A DNA stretch of 64,000 nucleotides from Eledone cirrhosa (lineage: Eukaryota), in NCBI GenBank assembly GCA_964016885.1, contig OZ024754.1, forward strand, positions 12,524,001 through 12,588,000, written 5' to 3'. Below the pieces are notes generated by a model. The model was not told where the DNA came from. It searched no databases and saw only the letters and a list, made by a program, of their open reading frames with translations. A program made the translations under genes and the position numbers. Of the stretch, positions 39,853 to 53,791 are shown piece after piece. Positions within the stretch are counted from its first letter, which is position 1. Each line of letters starts with the position of its first letter.

Positions 39853-40328
39853 GAAGGTATGTGGCTCAGTGGTTATAGTGCTGGGCTCATGATTGTAGGG
39901 TCATGAGTTAAATTCTGTGACAGGGTGGTAAACCGTATACTTGAGTATGAAGCTTTATTTCACATTGCTCCAGTCCACTTTGCTGGTAAAAGTGATTTGT
40001 ACCTACAATTTAACCCTTTAGCATTTAAACCGGCCATATCCAGCCAGAATTCTCTCACCTATTTCTGTTCAAACTGGCCAAAACTGGCCACTCATACTGT
40101 TGTTAAGGTATTGTTCTCAAAATAAATAACATCAAAATCTCATAGATTCGATATTATGCGAGATAATTATGTAAGGTAAAGGCCTAACCACAAAAATACA
40201 ATAGTATATATAGAGTGATGTAAATGTTAAAGGGTTAAGATGTTGGGTGGGGGTAGTGTTATCACCCACTGTGTCATACTGCATCTTCCTAAAGATTATG
40301 TTATGGGTGCTCAGTCACTTGACACATT
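39853..40328 (+). mobile_element. Decayed tRNA-CORE SINE interrupted by a MITE
   Basis: gtggctcagtggtta...tttatttcacattgctccagt. Confidence 0.65.
40014..40234. mobile_element. TTAA-flanked (piggyBac-type) MITE
   Basis: TTAA|ccctttagcattta ... taaatgttaaaggg|TTAA. Confidence 0.8.
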
Positions 40329-40334
40329 GAGGGC

Positions 40335-40475
40335 AATCACAGTAAATAAGGTACTCAATACACAAGTAGAGCGAGAACAATGAAATTTAATATAGTAATG
40401 GCTTCTACAAGACTAGAACTGTTTCATTCGTATGAAATCATTGATGATTTTATACGAATGGAACAGTTCTAGTTT
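40335..40475. mobile_element. Decayed inverted family A element
   Basis: aaggtactcaatac tail, actagaactgtttcattc...gaatggaacagttctagt. Confidence 0.65.
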
Positions 40476-41394
40476 CAATAATTTCACAAGAAGGCTGTTA
40501 TGTTGATTGAATCAACTGGAACACACACCATTGATAAACTGTGGAGGTCTAACAACAAAAACAAAACATACGCACACAAACCATTCATGCAAATGATTAT
40601 ACAAAATTTCATAAGTTAAACGACAAAGAAAATTTTCGTTTTATTTGGCATTCTGAAATGTGTGAATATATTTTGTCCAACAACTATAACAAAACCTCCA
40701 CAATGGCATTGAAGGAAGCTAAACCAAACATTCTAACAATATCAAACCCCAAAAGCCAATGAAGCCAATAGTGTTGAAGAAATCTTGGCTTTAACATTTC
40801 AACGGTTTAAACAATACTGGCTAGCTGAATATTTCAACAAGAAAATTGCACACACAATTATGTCCAAAATAAAAAGTTGAACCATTCAACATTTTCTACT
40901 TCTCTGCATTCATTGAATGCCACTAACATTTCCAGTAGATGGTTAAGGTCAACAGAATTAATGAGGCATGAAATGTTTACTCTAGGCATTATTAAAATAC
41001 AACTATACTGACACGCACAAACAAACAGAAGAATATGTACACACACGGGCGCACACGAACACACATATGGGTACACACACACAGAGACACGGGCACATAT
41101 ACACACATTTTTTATATACAGGCAGGACTAAGGATTTTCTTTAAATTTATTTATATATTTTTTACTGTTGCTATTATTTTTTTATATTTGTTATTTGCTG
41201 CCCATCTTCAAATATTTTCATTTATTTTTTATTTCAACTTCTGTATGGTTTATGAACAAAAACATCATTTTCATAATAATCATCATCTTCACCAAGAATT
41301 ATTATTATTACTGGATTGCCAAAATCATTAAAGCATTGCACAAAGTACTTTGCAATATTTGTCCTACTCTTTACAATCTGAATTTAAATCTACT

Positions 41395-41703
41395 GAGCGC
41401 AACTATGACTATCACTGTTCTGGGGTTAATAAAATAAAGTACCAGTTAAGTACTGGGTCGTTTTAATCGACTTTCCCCTCCCCTTCAAATTGCTGGGTTT
41501 GTGCCTATAGTAGAAATCATTTGGCAGTATCGGTAGAGGGTTGGACGCCATGCTTTCTAGCATAGTTACGTCCCTTTACAGTCTGAGTTCAAATCCTGCC
41601 GAGGTTAACTTTGCCTTTCATCCTTACGGGGGGTGGATAAAATAAAGTACCAGTAATGTACTGGGTAATTGCTGGCCTTGTGCCAAAAGTAGAAACAATT
41701 ATT
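41395..41703 (+). mobile_element. SINE-1 pair
   Basis: Family match. Confidence 0.85.
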
Positions 41704-43085
41704 AAAAGTATTGGATGAAAGTTCAATCATAAGGCTTTCTTTGACTTAAGGTTAAGGTATTTCACAGTCATTGAAGCTAAATCCAATATAGCAACAGACA
41801 AAACATCTTATGGTATTTCGGTTACATCCCTTTATATTCTGAGTTCAAATCCCACCAAGGTCAATTTTGTTTTTCTTTCCTTTGAGTATTTCTAAAATAA
41901 TAATTACTCATCAAAAATTGGGTTTATCTTATTTCCTTTTTACCCCATCCCTGTTAAAGGCTTTGAGCCTAGTTCAGAAATCAATATTTTCGTTATCTGA
42001 TAAAGGTTCCTCTGTGAAATAACCCCCTCCCCTGTCTTTCCTCGTGGCTGTTTACTGATGTAGATCATTGCTAGAATCTTGGTAGTCTACTGTTTCACTT
42101 TATCTTTCTTGTAGGTTACCACCATCATCACCTCCATCACCATCACCATCATCATCACCACCATCACCATCATTACCATCATCACAATCATCGTTATCAT
42201 CACCATCATCATCACCACCATAATTTAACATCTACTTTCCTTGTTAGCAAAGGTTTTATTTTTGTTTTGTAATTGACATGTCAATAAATGCATAGGTGTT
42301 GGTTTTGGTGGTGGTAGTGGTGGTTGCGGTGGTGGTGGTGATATTGGTTTTGGTGGTGGTGGTGGTGGTTGTGGTGGTGGGAGTTGTATTGAAGAAGGTT
42401 TCTTTCTTGAAAGTGGATTTGCAAAGCCTATTTTTTGCATGAATTCAAGGTCTATTTATTACTTTGGTATCACCCATCTCTGTAATGTCGGTTTAATTTG
42501 TTGATTAATGTATGGCAAAATTCATAATTTAATATCACCTTAGGTGACAAGGATACTGTCAGGCATCATAAAACATTTGTAAAAATGACAGATGTTTGTG
42601 CTGGTCTTTTTGCAAATTAATGGCAATAACAATTACTGCTGCAGTAGCAGTAGTAGTAGCAGTAGTAGTAGTAGTAGTAATAGTGGCACTAAAATAAAAC
42701 TATTAACAACAGCAATGGCAACAAATGGAGAAGAAATAAAGGTAACAATACAAGTTGGAATAATTCCACCTACAAACGTGATACAAAAATAGCTGCATCA
42801 GAATATATATCGCTTGCAGTAATAAGAACAACAACAAATTCAATTCGAAGAGCTTATTTTCTCAGGATGTGGGTGAATATGTGAAAATGGATTTAAGATT
42901 AATGCTGAAAACATTGAAAAAAGTATTGTGGTCGTCATTTTTGTTATTTATCCCCAGGTGAATGATTGAGCAAACCTATGAGGAAGGAGGACATTCAAAC
43001 AGTCTATCCCTCCTATTTCAAAAATAATATATGTAGGACTGCATCATCTATTGTCTCCTTCCATATTTAAAGTAGTGGTGGACTG

Positions 43086-43305
43086 TGGATTGGCAGTATT
43101 GGTAGAGCATCAGACGCAATGCTTTGCAGCATAGAGTTACATAGAGTTACACCTTTATGGTCTGAATTCAAATCCCACCGAGGTTAACTTTGCCGTTAGT
43201 CCTTATGGGGTTGATAAAATAAAGTACCAGTGATGCACTGGGATCAATTTAATTGGCTTTCCCCCCACCCCAAATTACTGGTCTTGTGTCTATACTAGAA
43301 ATCAT
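43086..43305 (+). mobile_element. SINE-1 (long variant)
   Basis: Family match. Confidence 0.85.
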
Positions 43306-44260
43306 ATTTAAGGTAATGGTATGTTTTCCAACTCTCTGTAGTCAACATTGTCTTGCATTCTTTTGGGGTCGATAAGAAAGTATCAGTGCACATCTATACT
43401 GCTTTTTCCTCTATATCTCTTTCAAACTTCCTCTCTATCACTCTGTCTCTCCAAGAGAGGGGGATGGGCTCCATCAGGTTTTTAAAATGCCCATGATAGA
43501 CTGAATATCACTATGTCAGCCCTTATGACTCCATCAATAATTATGGGTACACACACACACACATCCATACAATCAGATGAATATCTAATGATAGCCCTGA
43601 AATTATGCACACGAAAGTTGTTTTCCTGGGAGAAGAAGCTTTTTCTGAAATTTGTTGCTTCTAACATCTGAAAATTCCAATTCAATCCACTACATTCTAG
43701 TTTGATCATATCAAGAAAAAAGGTTGTTGAGGTCAAATGTGATTTCAAGTTGGCCTGCTTTTTCTTTAACCTTCTTTTTGTTTCTCTCTTCATTCATAGA
43801 AATAGTTATTGATTGCTATATATTTTATTATATTAATATTTTCATATATTCCACACATATTTTAATCATTGTCATATTCTACATATTAATTTTCTGCTCT
43901 CCAATATTTGTTTGTTGTTAATGGTTTTCCTTTTTATGCCATTGAAGCAAAAATAAAGAAATATTATTTTTGTGACATTACTATTATTGGTTAGAATTCA
44001 ATTTTGTTCTGTAGTAAAATATGTCTTAAAAGAACTGGCAAAATACCAAAAAAATGATAATAATAAACTTTAATTAAAGTATGCAAAATAAAATTAAATA
44101 AATATTTGCAAGAAATTGATTTAGAAATTTGAATTACATGAATAATGTTTAACTTTTGGGGATGTTTACAGAATTGACAGCAGAAACATAAACATTTGTA
44201 CAATGTTGCATAAAATCAAAGAAATTGTGTGAGTTTAAACAGTGGGATGATAAACCCTTG

Positions 44261-44437
<177 letters not shown>

Positions 44438-44456
44438 ATATATACATATATTTATA

Positions 44457-47400
44457 TCATCATCATCATCATCATTACTGTTTTACGTTCATTTTCTACA
44501 CTAGCATGGGTTAAATGAATTGTTCTGTTGTAGGCAATGCTAGGTCAGGTGATCATGCCTTGCTCATACAGAACTGATTTTGGCTTGGTTTCTACAGCTG
44601 GATGCCCTTCCTAATGCAAACCTCATTTACAGTGAGTGCTAGGTGCTTTTTCTCATGACGCCTACATGACCACTTTACAGTGTGGACTGGGTGCTTTTTG
44701 TTGTGACACCTACATGACCACTTTACAGTGTGGACTGGGTACTTTTTGTTGTGACACCTAGATGACCACTTTACAGTATGGACTGGGTGCTTTTTGTTGT
44801 GATGCCTACACAAACACTTTACAGTGTGGACTGGGTGCTTTTTGTTGTGACACCTACATGACCACTTTACAGTATGGACTGGGTGCTTTTTGTTGTGACA
44901 CCTACATGACCACTTTACAGTGTGGACTGGGTGCTTTTTGTTGTGATGCCTACACAAACACTTTACAGTGTGGACTGGGTGCTTTTTGTTGTGACACCTA
45001 CATGACCACTTTACAGTGTGGACTGGGTACTTTTTGTTGTGACACCTACATGACCACTTTACAGTATGGACTGGGTGCTTTTTGTTGTGATACCTACACA
45101 AACACTTTACAGTGTGGACTGGGTGCTTTTTGTTGTGACACCTACATGACCACTTTACAGTGTGGACTGGGTGCTTTTTGTTGTGACACCTACATGACCA
45201 CTTTACAGTGTGGACTGGGTGCTTTTTGTTGTGATGCCTACATGACCACTTTACAGTGTGGACTGGGTGCTTTTTGTTGTGACACCTACATGACCACTTT
45301 ACAGTGTGGGCTGGGTGCTTTTTCTCATGACACCTACATGACCACTTTACAGTGTGGGCTGGGTGCTTTTTGTTGTGACACCTACATGACCACTTTACAG
45401 TGTGGACTGGGTGCTTTTTGTTGTGACACCTACATGACCACTTTACAGTGTGGACTGGATGCTTTTTCTCATGACACCTACATGACCACTTTACAGTGTG
45501 GACTGGGTGCTTTTTGTTGTGACACCTACATGACCACTTTACAGTGTGGACTGGGTGCTTTTTGTTGTGACACCTACATGACCACTTTACAGTGTGGACT
45601 GGGTGCTTTTTGTTGTGACACCTACATGACCACTTTACAGTGTGGACTGGGTGCTTTTTGTTGTGACACCTACATGACCACTTTACAGTGTGGACTGGGT
45701 GCTTTTTGTTGTGACACCTACATGACCACTTTACAGTGTGGACTGGGTGCTTTTTGTTGTGACACCTACATGACCACTTTACAGTGTGGACTGGATGCTT
45801 TTTCTCATGGCACCTACATGACCACTTTACAGTGTGGACTGGGTGCTTTTTGTTGTGACACCTACATGACCACTTTACAGTGTGGACTGGGTGCTTTTTG
45901 TTGTGACACCTACATGACCACTTTACAGTGTGGACTGGGTGCTTTTTGTTGTGACACCTACATGACCACTTTACAGTGTGGACTGGGTGCTTTTTGTTGT
46001 GACACCTACATGACCACTTTACAGTGTGGACTGGGTGCTTTTTGTTGTGACACCTACATGACCACTTTACAGTGTGGACTGGGTGCTTTTTGTTGTGACA
46101 CCTACATGACCACTTTACAGTGTGGACTGGATGCTTTTTCTCATGACACCTACATGACCACTTTACAGTGTGGACTGGGTGCTTTTTGTTGTGACACCTA
46201 CATGACCACTTTACAGTGTGGACTGGGTGCTTTTTGTTGTGACACCTACATGACCACTTTACAGTGTGGACTGGGTGCTTTTTGTTGTGACACCTACATG
46301 ACCACTTTACAGTGTGGACTGGGTGCTTTTTGTTGTGACACCTACATGACCACTTTACAGTGTGGACTGGATGCTTTTTCTCATGACACCTACATGACCA
46401 CTTTACAGTGTGGACTGGGTGCTTTTTGTTGTGACACCTACATGACCACTTTACAGTGTGGACTGGGTGCTTTTTGTTGTGACACCTACATGACCACTTT
46501 ACAGTGTGGACTGGGTGCTTTTTGTTGTGACACCTACATGACCACTTTACAGTGTGGACTGGGTGCTTTTTGTTGTGACACCTACATGACCACTTTACAG
46601 TGTGGACTGGATGCTTTTTCTCATGACACCTACATGACCACTTTACAGTGTGGACTGGGTGCTTTTTGTTGTGACACCTACATGACCACTTTACAGTGTG
46701 GACTGGGTGCTTTTTGTTGTGACACCTACATGACCACTTTACAGTGTGGACTGGGTGCTTTTTGTTGTGACACCTACATGACCACTTTACAGTGTGGACT
46801 GGGTGCTTTTTGTTGTGACACCTACATGACCACTTTACAGTGTGGACTGGATGCTTTTTCTCATGACACCTACATGACCACTTTACAGTGTGGACTGGGT
46901 GCTTTTTGTTGTGACACCTACATGACCACTTTACAGTGTGGACTGGGTGCTTTTTGTTGTGACACCTACATGACCACTTTACAGTGTGGACTGGGTGCTT
47001 TTTGTTGTGACACCTACATGACCACTTTACAGTGTGGACTGGGTGCTTTTTGTTGTGACACCTACATGACCACTTTACAGTGTGGACTGGATGCTTTTTC
47101 TCATGACACCTACATGACCACTTTACAGTGTGGACTGGGTGCTTTTTGTTGTGACACCTACATGACCACTTTACAGTGTGGACTGGGTGCTTTTTGTTGT
47201 GACACCTACATGACCACTTTACAGTGTGGACTGGATGCTTTTTCTCATGACACCTACATGACCACTTTACAGTGTGGACTGGGTGCTTTTTGTTGTGACA
47301 CCTACATGACCACTTTACAGTGTGGACTGGGTGCTTTTTGTTGTGACACCTACATGACCACTTTACAGTGTGGGCTGGGTGCATTTTGTTGTGACACCTA

Positions 47401-48612
47401 CATGACCACTTTACAGTGTGGGCTGGGTGCTTTTTCTCATGACACCTACATGACCACTTTACTGTGTGGACTGGGTGCTTTTTCTCATGACACCTACATG
47501 ACCACTTTACAGTGTGGACTGGGTGCTTTTTCTCATGACACCTACATGACCACTTTACAGTGTGGACTGGGTGCTTTTTGTTGTGACACCTACATGACCA
47601 CTTTACAGTGTGGACTGGGTGCTTTTTGTTGTGACACCTACATGACCACTTTACAGTGTGGGCTGGGTGCTTTTTGTTGTGACACCTACATGACCACTTT
47701 ACAGTGTGGGCTGGGTGCTTTTTGTTGTGACACCTACATGACCACTTTACAGTGTGGACTGGGTGCTTTTTGTTGTGACACCTACATGACCACTTTACAG
47801 TGTGAGCTGGGTGCATTTTGTTGTGACACCTACATGACCACTTTACAGTGTGGGCTAGGTGCTTTTTCTCATGACACCTACATGACCACTTTACTGTGTG
47901 GACTGGGTGCTTTTTGTTGTGACACCTACATGACCACTTTACAGTGTGGGCTGGGTGCTTTTTCTCATGACACCTACATGACCACTTTACTGTGTGGACT
48001 GGGTGCTTTTTGTTGTGACACCTACATGACCACTTTACAGTGTGGGCTGGGTGCCTTTTGTTGTGACACCTACATGACCACTTTACAGTGTGGGCTGGGT
48101 GCTTTTTCTCATGACACCTACATGACCACTTTACAGTGTGGACTGGGTACTTTTTGTTGTGACACCTACATGACCACTTTACAGTGTGGGCTGGGTGCTT
48201 TTTGTTGTGACACCTACATGACCACTTTACAGTATGACCTGGGTGCATTTTGTTGTGACACCTACATGACCACTTTACAGTGTGGGCTGGGTGCTTTTTC
48301 TCATGACACCTACATGACCACTTTACTGTGTGGACTGGGTGCTTTTTCTCATGACACCTACATGACCACTTTACAGTATGACCTGGGTGCATTTTGTTGT
48401 GACACCTACATGACCACTTTACAGTGTGGGCTGGGTGCTTTTTCTCATGACACCTACATGACCACTTTACAGTGTGGGCTGGGTGCTTTTTGTTGTGACA
48501 CATACATGATCACTTTACAGTGTGGGCTGGGTGCTTTTTATCGTGACACCTACATGACCACTTTACTGTGTGGACTGGGTGTTTTTTGTCGTGTCACCTA
48601 CACAACCACATT
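44457..48612 (-). repeat. RTE 3'-UTR copy with a ~4-kb 48-bp tandem array (~83 units)
   Basis: (CAT)n tail and UTR at 44457-44625 run into unit gacacctacatgaccactttacagtgtggactgggtgctttttgttgt. Confidence 0.95.
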
Positions 48613-49418
48613 CTATGTACATATATAAATATAGGCGGTGCCTCAGCATGGTCTCAGTCAGACAGCTGAAACAGGTAAAAGTGTTATAAAATCATAAAAA
48701 GAAAACACTATTTAGAAAGAAGATTCCTAATTCAGATTTGCTTCATGTTTGCTACTCTAAGACAATAAGAGGATATATCTGTATTTTAGGTAAATGATAA
48801 AAATGGGTAGGTATGAGTCACTAATTAAATCATTTTCTCTATTGCTGCCTCCTTTGTTGGAATCCTTCAGTTCTTTAGTTATATCTAACTCTTGTGATCC
48901 ACCCATTCTACGACTAAACACTATGTACAGCTGATAACTGTATTAGGGAGAAGATGTATTAGGGAGCAGATGTGCAGTTAATAATTACATTAATTTCTGT
49001 GTATTACAGTTTGAGAAATTCTCTCGGATCAGTGTAACAAGCTCTTCTATTTTATTATATTAGAATCCTTAGAAATGTGAAAATATAGATAATGGCTTTA
49101 AGCTTAGAGATAAGGTCACAGTTTTGGAAGGAGGTTACTTCTTTTTCTTGAGTCCTCCCTCCATTGAAGATGAAGCATTTTCTTTTTCTAATGGCAAGTA
49201 TATAAGTGGCTTTCCACACCTGCACACTCATAGATTTTCCCATTAACTGACGCAGTTCTGCCAAAACATTGTCGAATTAATAATTGATCATCTGTGAAGC
49301 CACAAGAGTTCACAACACTGTGGTCATCTAATTAAACTAATGATTGCTGCGTTAGCTATTGCTTACTATGAGACAAGCAGGATTTTTATTAAGGCTTACT
49401 CCTCTAGTTGAATATAAC

Positions 49419-49603
49419 TGTTTCTACTTTAGGCACAAGGCCAGCAAATTACCCAGTGCATTACTGGTACTTTATTTTATCGACCCCGTAAGGATGAAAG
49501 GCAAAGTCAACCTCGGCGGGATTTGAACTCAGATCGTAAAGGGACGTAACTATGCTGGAAAGCATGGCGTCCGACCCTCTACCAATACTGCCAATCCACT
49601 GCC
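49419..49603 (-). mobile_element. SINE-1 with 19-bp target-site duplication
   Basis: tcctctagttgaatataac at 49400-49418 and 49605-49623. Confidence 0.93.
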
Positions 49604-49762
49604 ATCCTCTAGTTGAATATAACAGCACTAGTACATGACTGGTACATATCTTATAGGCCCATCCACAAGTGTAGTGGATTGGCAGAATCGCTAGAGTGTC
49701 AGATAAATTGCTTTGCAGCTAATCCCACAGAGGGGCATTTATGTTGAAGGCCTGACAATAGG

Positions 49763-50103
49763 AACTCAGACTATTTGATATCAAGCTAGGATAAACTCAG
49801 ACTATTTGATATCAAGCTAGGATAAACTCAGACTATTTGATATCAAGCTAGGATAAACTCAGACTATTTGATATCAAGCTAGGATAAACTCAGACTATTT
49901 GATATCAAGCTAGGATAAACTCAGACTATTTGATATCAAGCTAGGATAAACTCAGACTATTTAATATCAAGCTAGGATAAACTCAGACTATTTGATATCA
50001 AGCTAGGATAAACTCAGACTATTTGATATCAAGCTAGGATAAACTCAGACTATTTGATATCAAGCTAGGATAAACTCAGACTATTTGATCTCAAGCTAGG
50101 ATA
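49763..50103. repeat. 31-bp minisatellite (~11 copies)
   Basis: aactcagactatttgatatcaagctaggata. Confidence 0.95.
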
Positions 50104-50278
50104 TATTATACGTAACTAACACTGTTAGTCTCCTTATTTCAACATAAACAAATCTACAACAAACCAAAGCTATTCACAAAAAACAATCAGAACAGAATCA
50201 ATTTTGACTCTTCTTTGCATCATCCTTTCCTGGGGGTTGATCAAATAAATACCAGTTATTAACTGACAGTGTATCTTA

Positions 50279-51143
50279 CAAGGGGTGGCTGAAAAGTTCA
50301 TAAGTTGAATATGAAGGAGTTGAATATGCATTGCTTCTTTCTAGGGATAATGTTGAAAAATAAACCTCATTTGGTCATGCCATGAGAGTATCTTGGTCAG
50401 CCTATGAAAGAATGATTCTAAAGCTGTGAAATCTTCCCTGCATTCATTTGAACTATTCTTATTAATAATTACATTGCTTCTTTCTAGGGACAATGTTGAA
50501 AAATAAACCTCATTTGGTCATTCCATGAGAGTATCTTAGTCAGCCTATGAAAGAATGATTCTAAAGCTCTGAAATCTTCCCTGCATTCATTTGAACTATT
50601 CTTATTAATAACTACATTGCTTCTTTCTAGGGACAATGTTGAAAAATAAACCTCATTTGGTCATGCCATGAGAGTATCTTGGTCAGCCTATGAAAGAATG
50701 ATTCTAAAGCTGTGAAATCTTCCCTGCATTCATTTGAACTATTCTTATTAATAATTACATTGCTTCTTTCTAGGGACAATGTTGAAAAATAAACCTCATT
50801 TGGTCATTCCATGAGAGTATCTTAGTCAGCCTATGAAAGAATGATTCTAAAGCTGTGAAATCTTTCCTGTATTAATTTCAACTCTTCTTATTAATAACTA
50901 AATTGTTTCTTTCTAGGGAGTATGATGAAAAAATAAACCTCATTTGGTCATTCCATGAGAGTATCTTGGTCAGCCTATGAAAGAATGATTCTAAAGCTGT
51001 GAAATCTTTCCTGTATTAATTTCAACTCTTCTTATTAATAACTAAATTGTTTCTTTCTAGGGAGTATGATGAAAAAATAAACCTCATTTGGTCATTCCAT
51101 GAGAGTATCTTAGTCAGCCTATGAACTGTACAGCTGGCCCTTG
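50279..51143. mobile_element. Mariner-type MITE with internal 143-bp tandem array
   Basis: TA-flanked TIRs tacaaggggtggctgaaaagttcataagttga versus reverse complement tacaagggccagctgtacagttcataggctga (25/32 match). Confidence 0.75.
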
Positions 51144-51511
51144 TATGAGTACATGGATATACAGCATTTTTTCTTTCAGTTTTACTGTCTTACTACTTTG
51201 ACATAGACCTCCACGGTTATAACTTTGGTACATATTTTTTTCATTTATTGATGATTCCCAAGATGCTGCCAGTTCTTCAACATCAACTATTATTGACATT
51301 TCTTGGCCTTGGGTGTTCGCCATCTTATCAACATCATACTGACTGCTAAAAACAGCCAGCAAACTTTCCATCCATTATGATTTACATGAAAAGTTTGCTA
51401 CTAGTGTTTTCCCAAATAAAATTCTGTCGATATCTTAATATGTAAGCTTTCCATTTGACTGTGTAAAAACCACCATTTATCCAAGGGCTCTTAAGATAAG
51501 AGTGCAGTGAA

Positions 51512-51521
51512 ATTACTATTA

Positions 51522-51561
<40 letters not shown>

Positions 51562-51584
51562 AATTACTACTAATACTACTACTA

Positions 51585-51618
<34 letters not shown>

Positions 51619-51682
51619 AATTACTACTACTACTACTACCACCATTACTACTACAATTACTACTACAATTACCACTACTACT

Positions 51683-51727
<45 letters not shown>

Positions 51728-51728
51728 G

Positions 51729-51783
<55 letters not shown>

Positions 51784-51880
51784 CACCACCACCACCACCA
51801 CCACCACCACCACCACTACTACTACTACTACTACAACTACTATTACTACTACTACTACTGTTACTACTACTACTACTATT
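51512..51880. repeat. (CTA/CCA)n microsatellite
   Basis: Direct inspection. Confidence 0.95.
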
Positions 51881-51886
51881 AATAAT

Positions 51887-52783
51887 AATTGTTTCTACTT
51901 TAGGCACAAGGCCAGCAATTACACCAGTACATTACTGGTACTTTATTTTATCGACCCCGTAAGGATGAAAGGCAAAGTTAACTACTATTAATAATAATGA
52001 TTTCATTTATTGGCGACAAGGGCCGACATATAGGGGACAATACAAAAGACTGGGACGGTGGGGAGGGGGGTTACAGAAAAATCGAGTAAACAATATGAAT
52101 AACAATAAAAAAAGTAACAATAAAAATACAACAGGAAAAATTCCCCAATAGGGGACCACCCAGGGTAGTACTACTGATATAATGGTTATTACTTTTGGCA
52201 CAAGGCCAGCAATTACCCAGTGTATTACTGGTACTTTATTTTATCGACACCGTAAGATTGAAAGGCAAAGTTAACCTCGGTGGGATTTGAACTCAGAATG
52301 GCAAGGGCCGTAACTCTATGCATCAAAGTATGGGATCCGATCCTCTACTACTACTAATATAATGGTTTCTTATATAGGCACAAGGCCAGCAATTTTGGGG
52401 GGAGGGGAAAATTGATTAAATCGACCCCAGTGTGTTACTGGTACTTTATTTTATCAACCGCATAAGAATGAAAGACAAAGTTAACCTCGGAAGGATTTGA
52501 ACTCAGAACGTAAAGGGTCGTAACTCGATGCTGCGAAGCATGTTGTCCAACCCTCTACTGATACTGTCAATGCACCACCTTAATATTAATAATAATAATA
52601 ATTGTTTCTACTTTTGGCACAAGGCCAGCAATTAGCCCAGTGCATTACTGGTACTTTATTTTATCGACCCCGTGAGGATGAAAGGTAAAGTCAACCTCGG
52701 CGGGATTTGAACTCAGACTGTAAAGGGACGTAACTCTATGCTACAAAGCATGGTGTCCGACCCTCAACCGTTACTGCCAATCC
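51887..52783 (-). mobile_element. Cluster of four SINE-1 copies plus a putative LINE 3' end (52000-52165)
   Basis: Family matches; minus-strand AATAAA followed by (ATT)n tail. Confidence 0.85.
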
Positions 52784-53275
52784 AAATGATTTCTTTATCG
52801 ACCACTACAGTTGAAATGGTGAAATAATAATGTTTATTATTGTTGCTATTGTTGTTGATGTATTGTTGGTGTTGTTGTTGATGTATTGTTGGTGTTGATG
52901 ATGATGACAGTGGTGGTGACAGTGTGGTGACAGTGGTGGTGGCAGTGGTGGTGACAGTGTGGTGACAGTGGTGGTGGCAGTGGTGGTGGCAGTGGTGGTG
53001 ACAGTGTGGTGACAGTGGTGGTGGCAGTGGTGGTGACAGTGTGGTGACAGTGGTGGTGGCAGTGGTGGTGGCAGTGGTGGTGACAGTGTGGTGACAGTGG
53101 TGGTGGCAGTGTGGTGACAGTGGTGGTGGCAGTGGTGGTGGCAGTGGTGGTGACAGTGTGGTGACAATGATGATGATAGTGATGATGATGATGATGATGA
53201 CAATGATAACCATGGAAATGATGACAGAGGTGATGACAATGATGATGGCCATGATGATGATAGCTGTTGTCTTGT

Positions 53276-53319
<44 letters not shown>

Positions 53320-53760
53320 GGCTGCAGTCAAATGTATAAAGAAAACAAAGTTGAAATGTTAGAAAAATAATCTATCGAAGTAAAAGATCAATACTTCATA
53401 AGACTTAGATCAATAGTTCATTTCAGGTTAATGTCGTTATGGATGTCAAGATACTGTTGTATCAATGGTGGGGCTCTGAGATGGAAAACACACGTGTGTG
53501 TGTGTATGTATGTGTGTATGTGTGTGTGTGTGTGTGCGTGTGTGTGTATGTGTGTGTGTATGTGTGTGTGTATGTGTGTGTATGTATGTGTGTATGTATG
53601 TGTGTGTGTATGTATGTGTGTATGGATGTGTGTGTGTGTGTATGTGTGTGTGTATGTATGTGTGTATGTATGTATGTATGTATGTATGTATGTATGTATG
53701 TATGTATGTATGTATGTTTGTATGTGTGTATGTATGTGTGGGTATGTATGCGTATGTGTC

Positions 53761-53787
<27 letters not shown>

Positions 53788-53791
<4 letters not shown>

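Noticed and set aside
40640-40940. MULE transposase remnant (NNY...KPNI)
   Set aside because: Similarity is too short and the frames are broken.
44592-48628. 1303-aa and 1288-aa Cys/His-rich ORFs (metallothionein- or multiheme-like)
   Set aside because: They are translations of a 48-bp array derived from a LINE 3' UTR, open on both strands only because the period is a multiple of 3.
49055-49264. Short complex ORF or possible terminal exon
   Set aside because: No recognisable motif or convincing acceptor; needs BLASTx.
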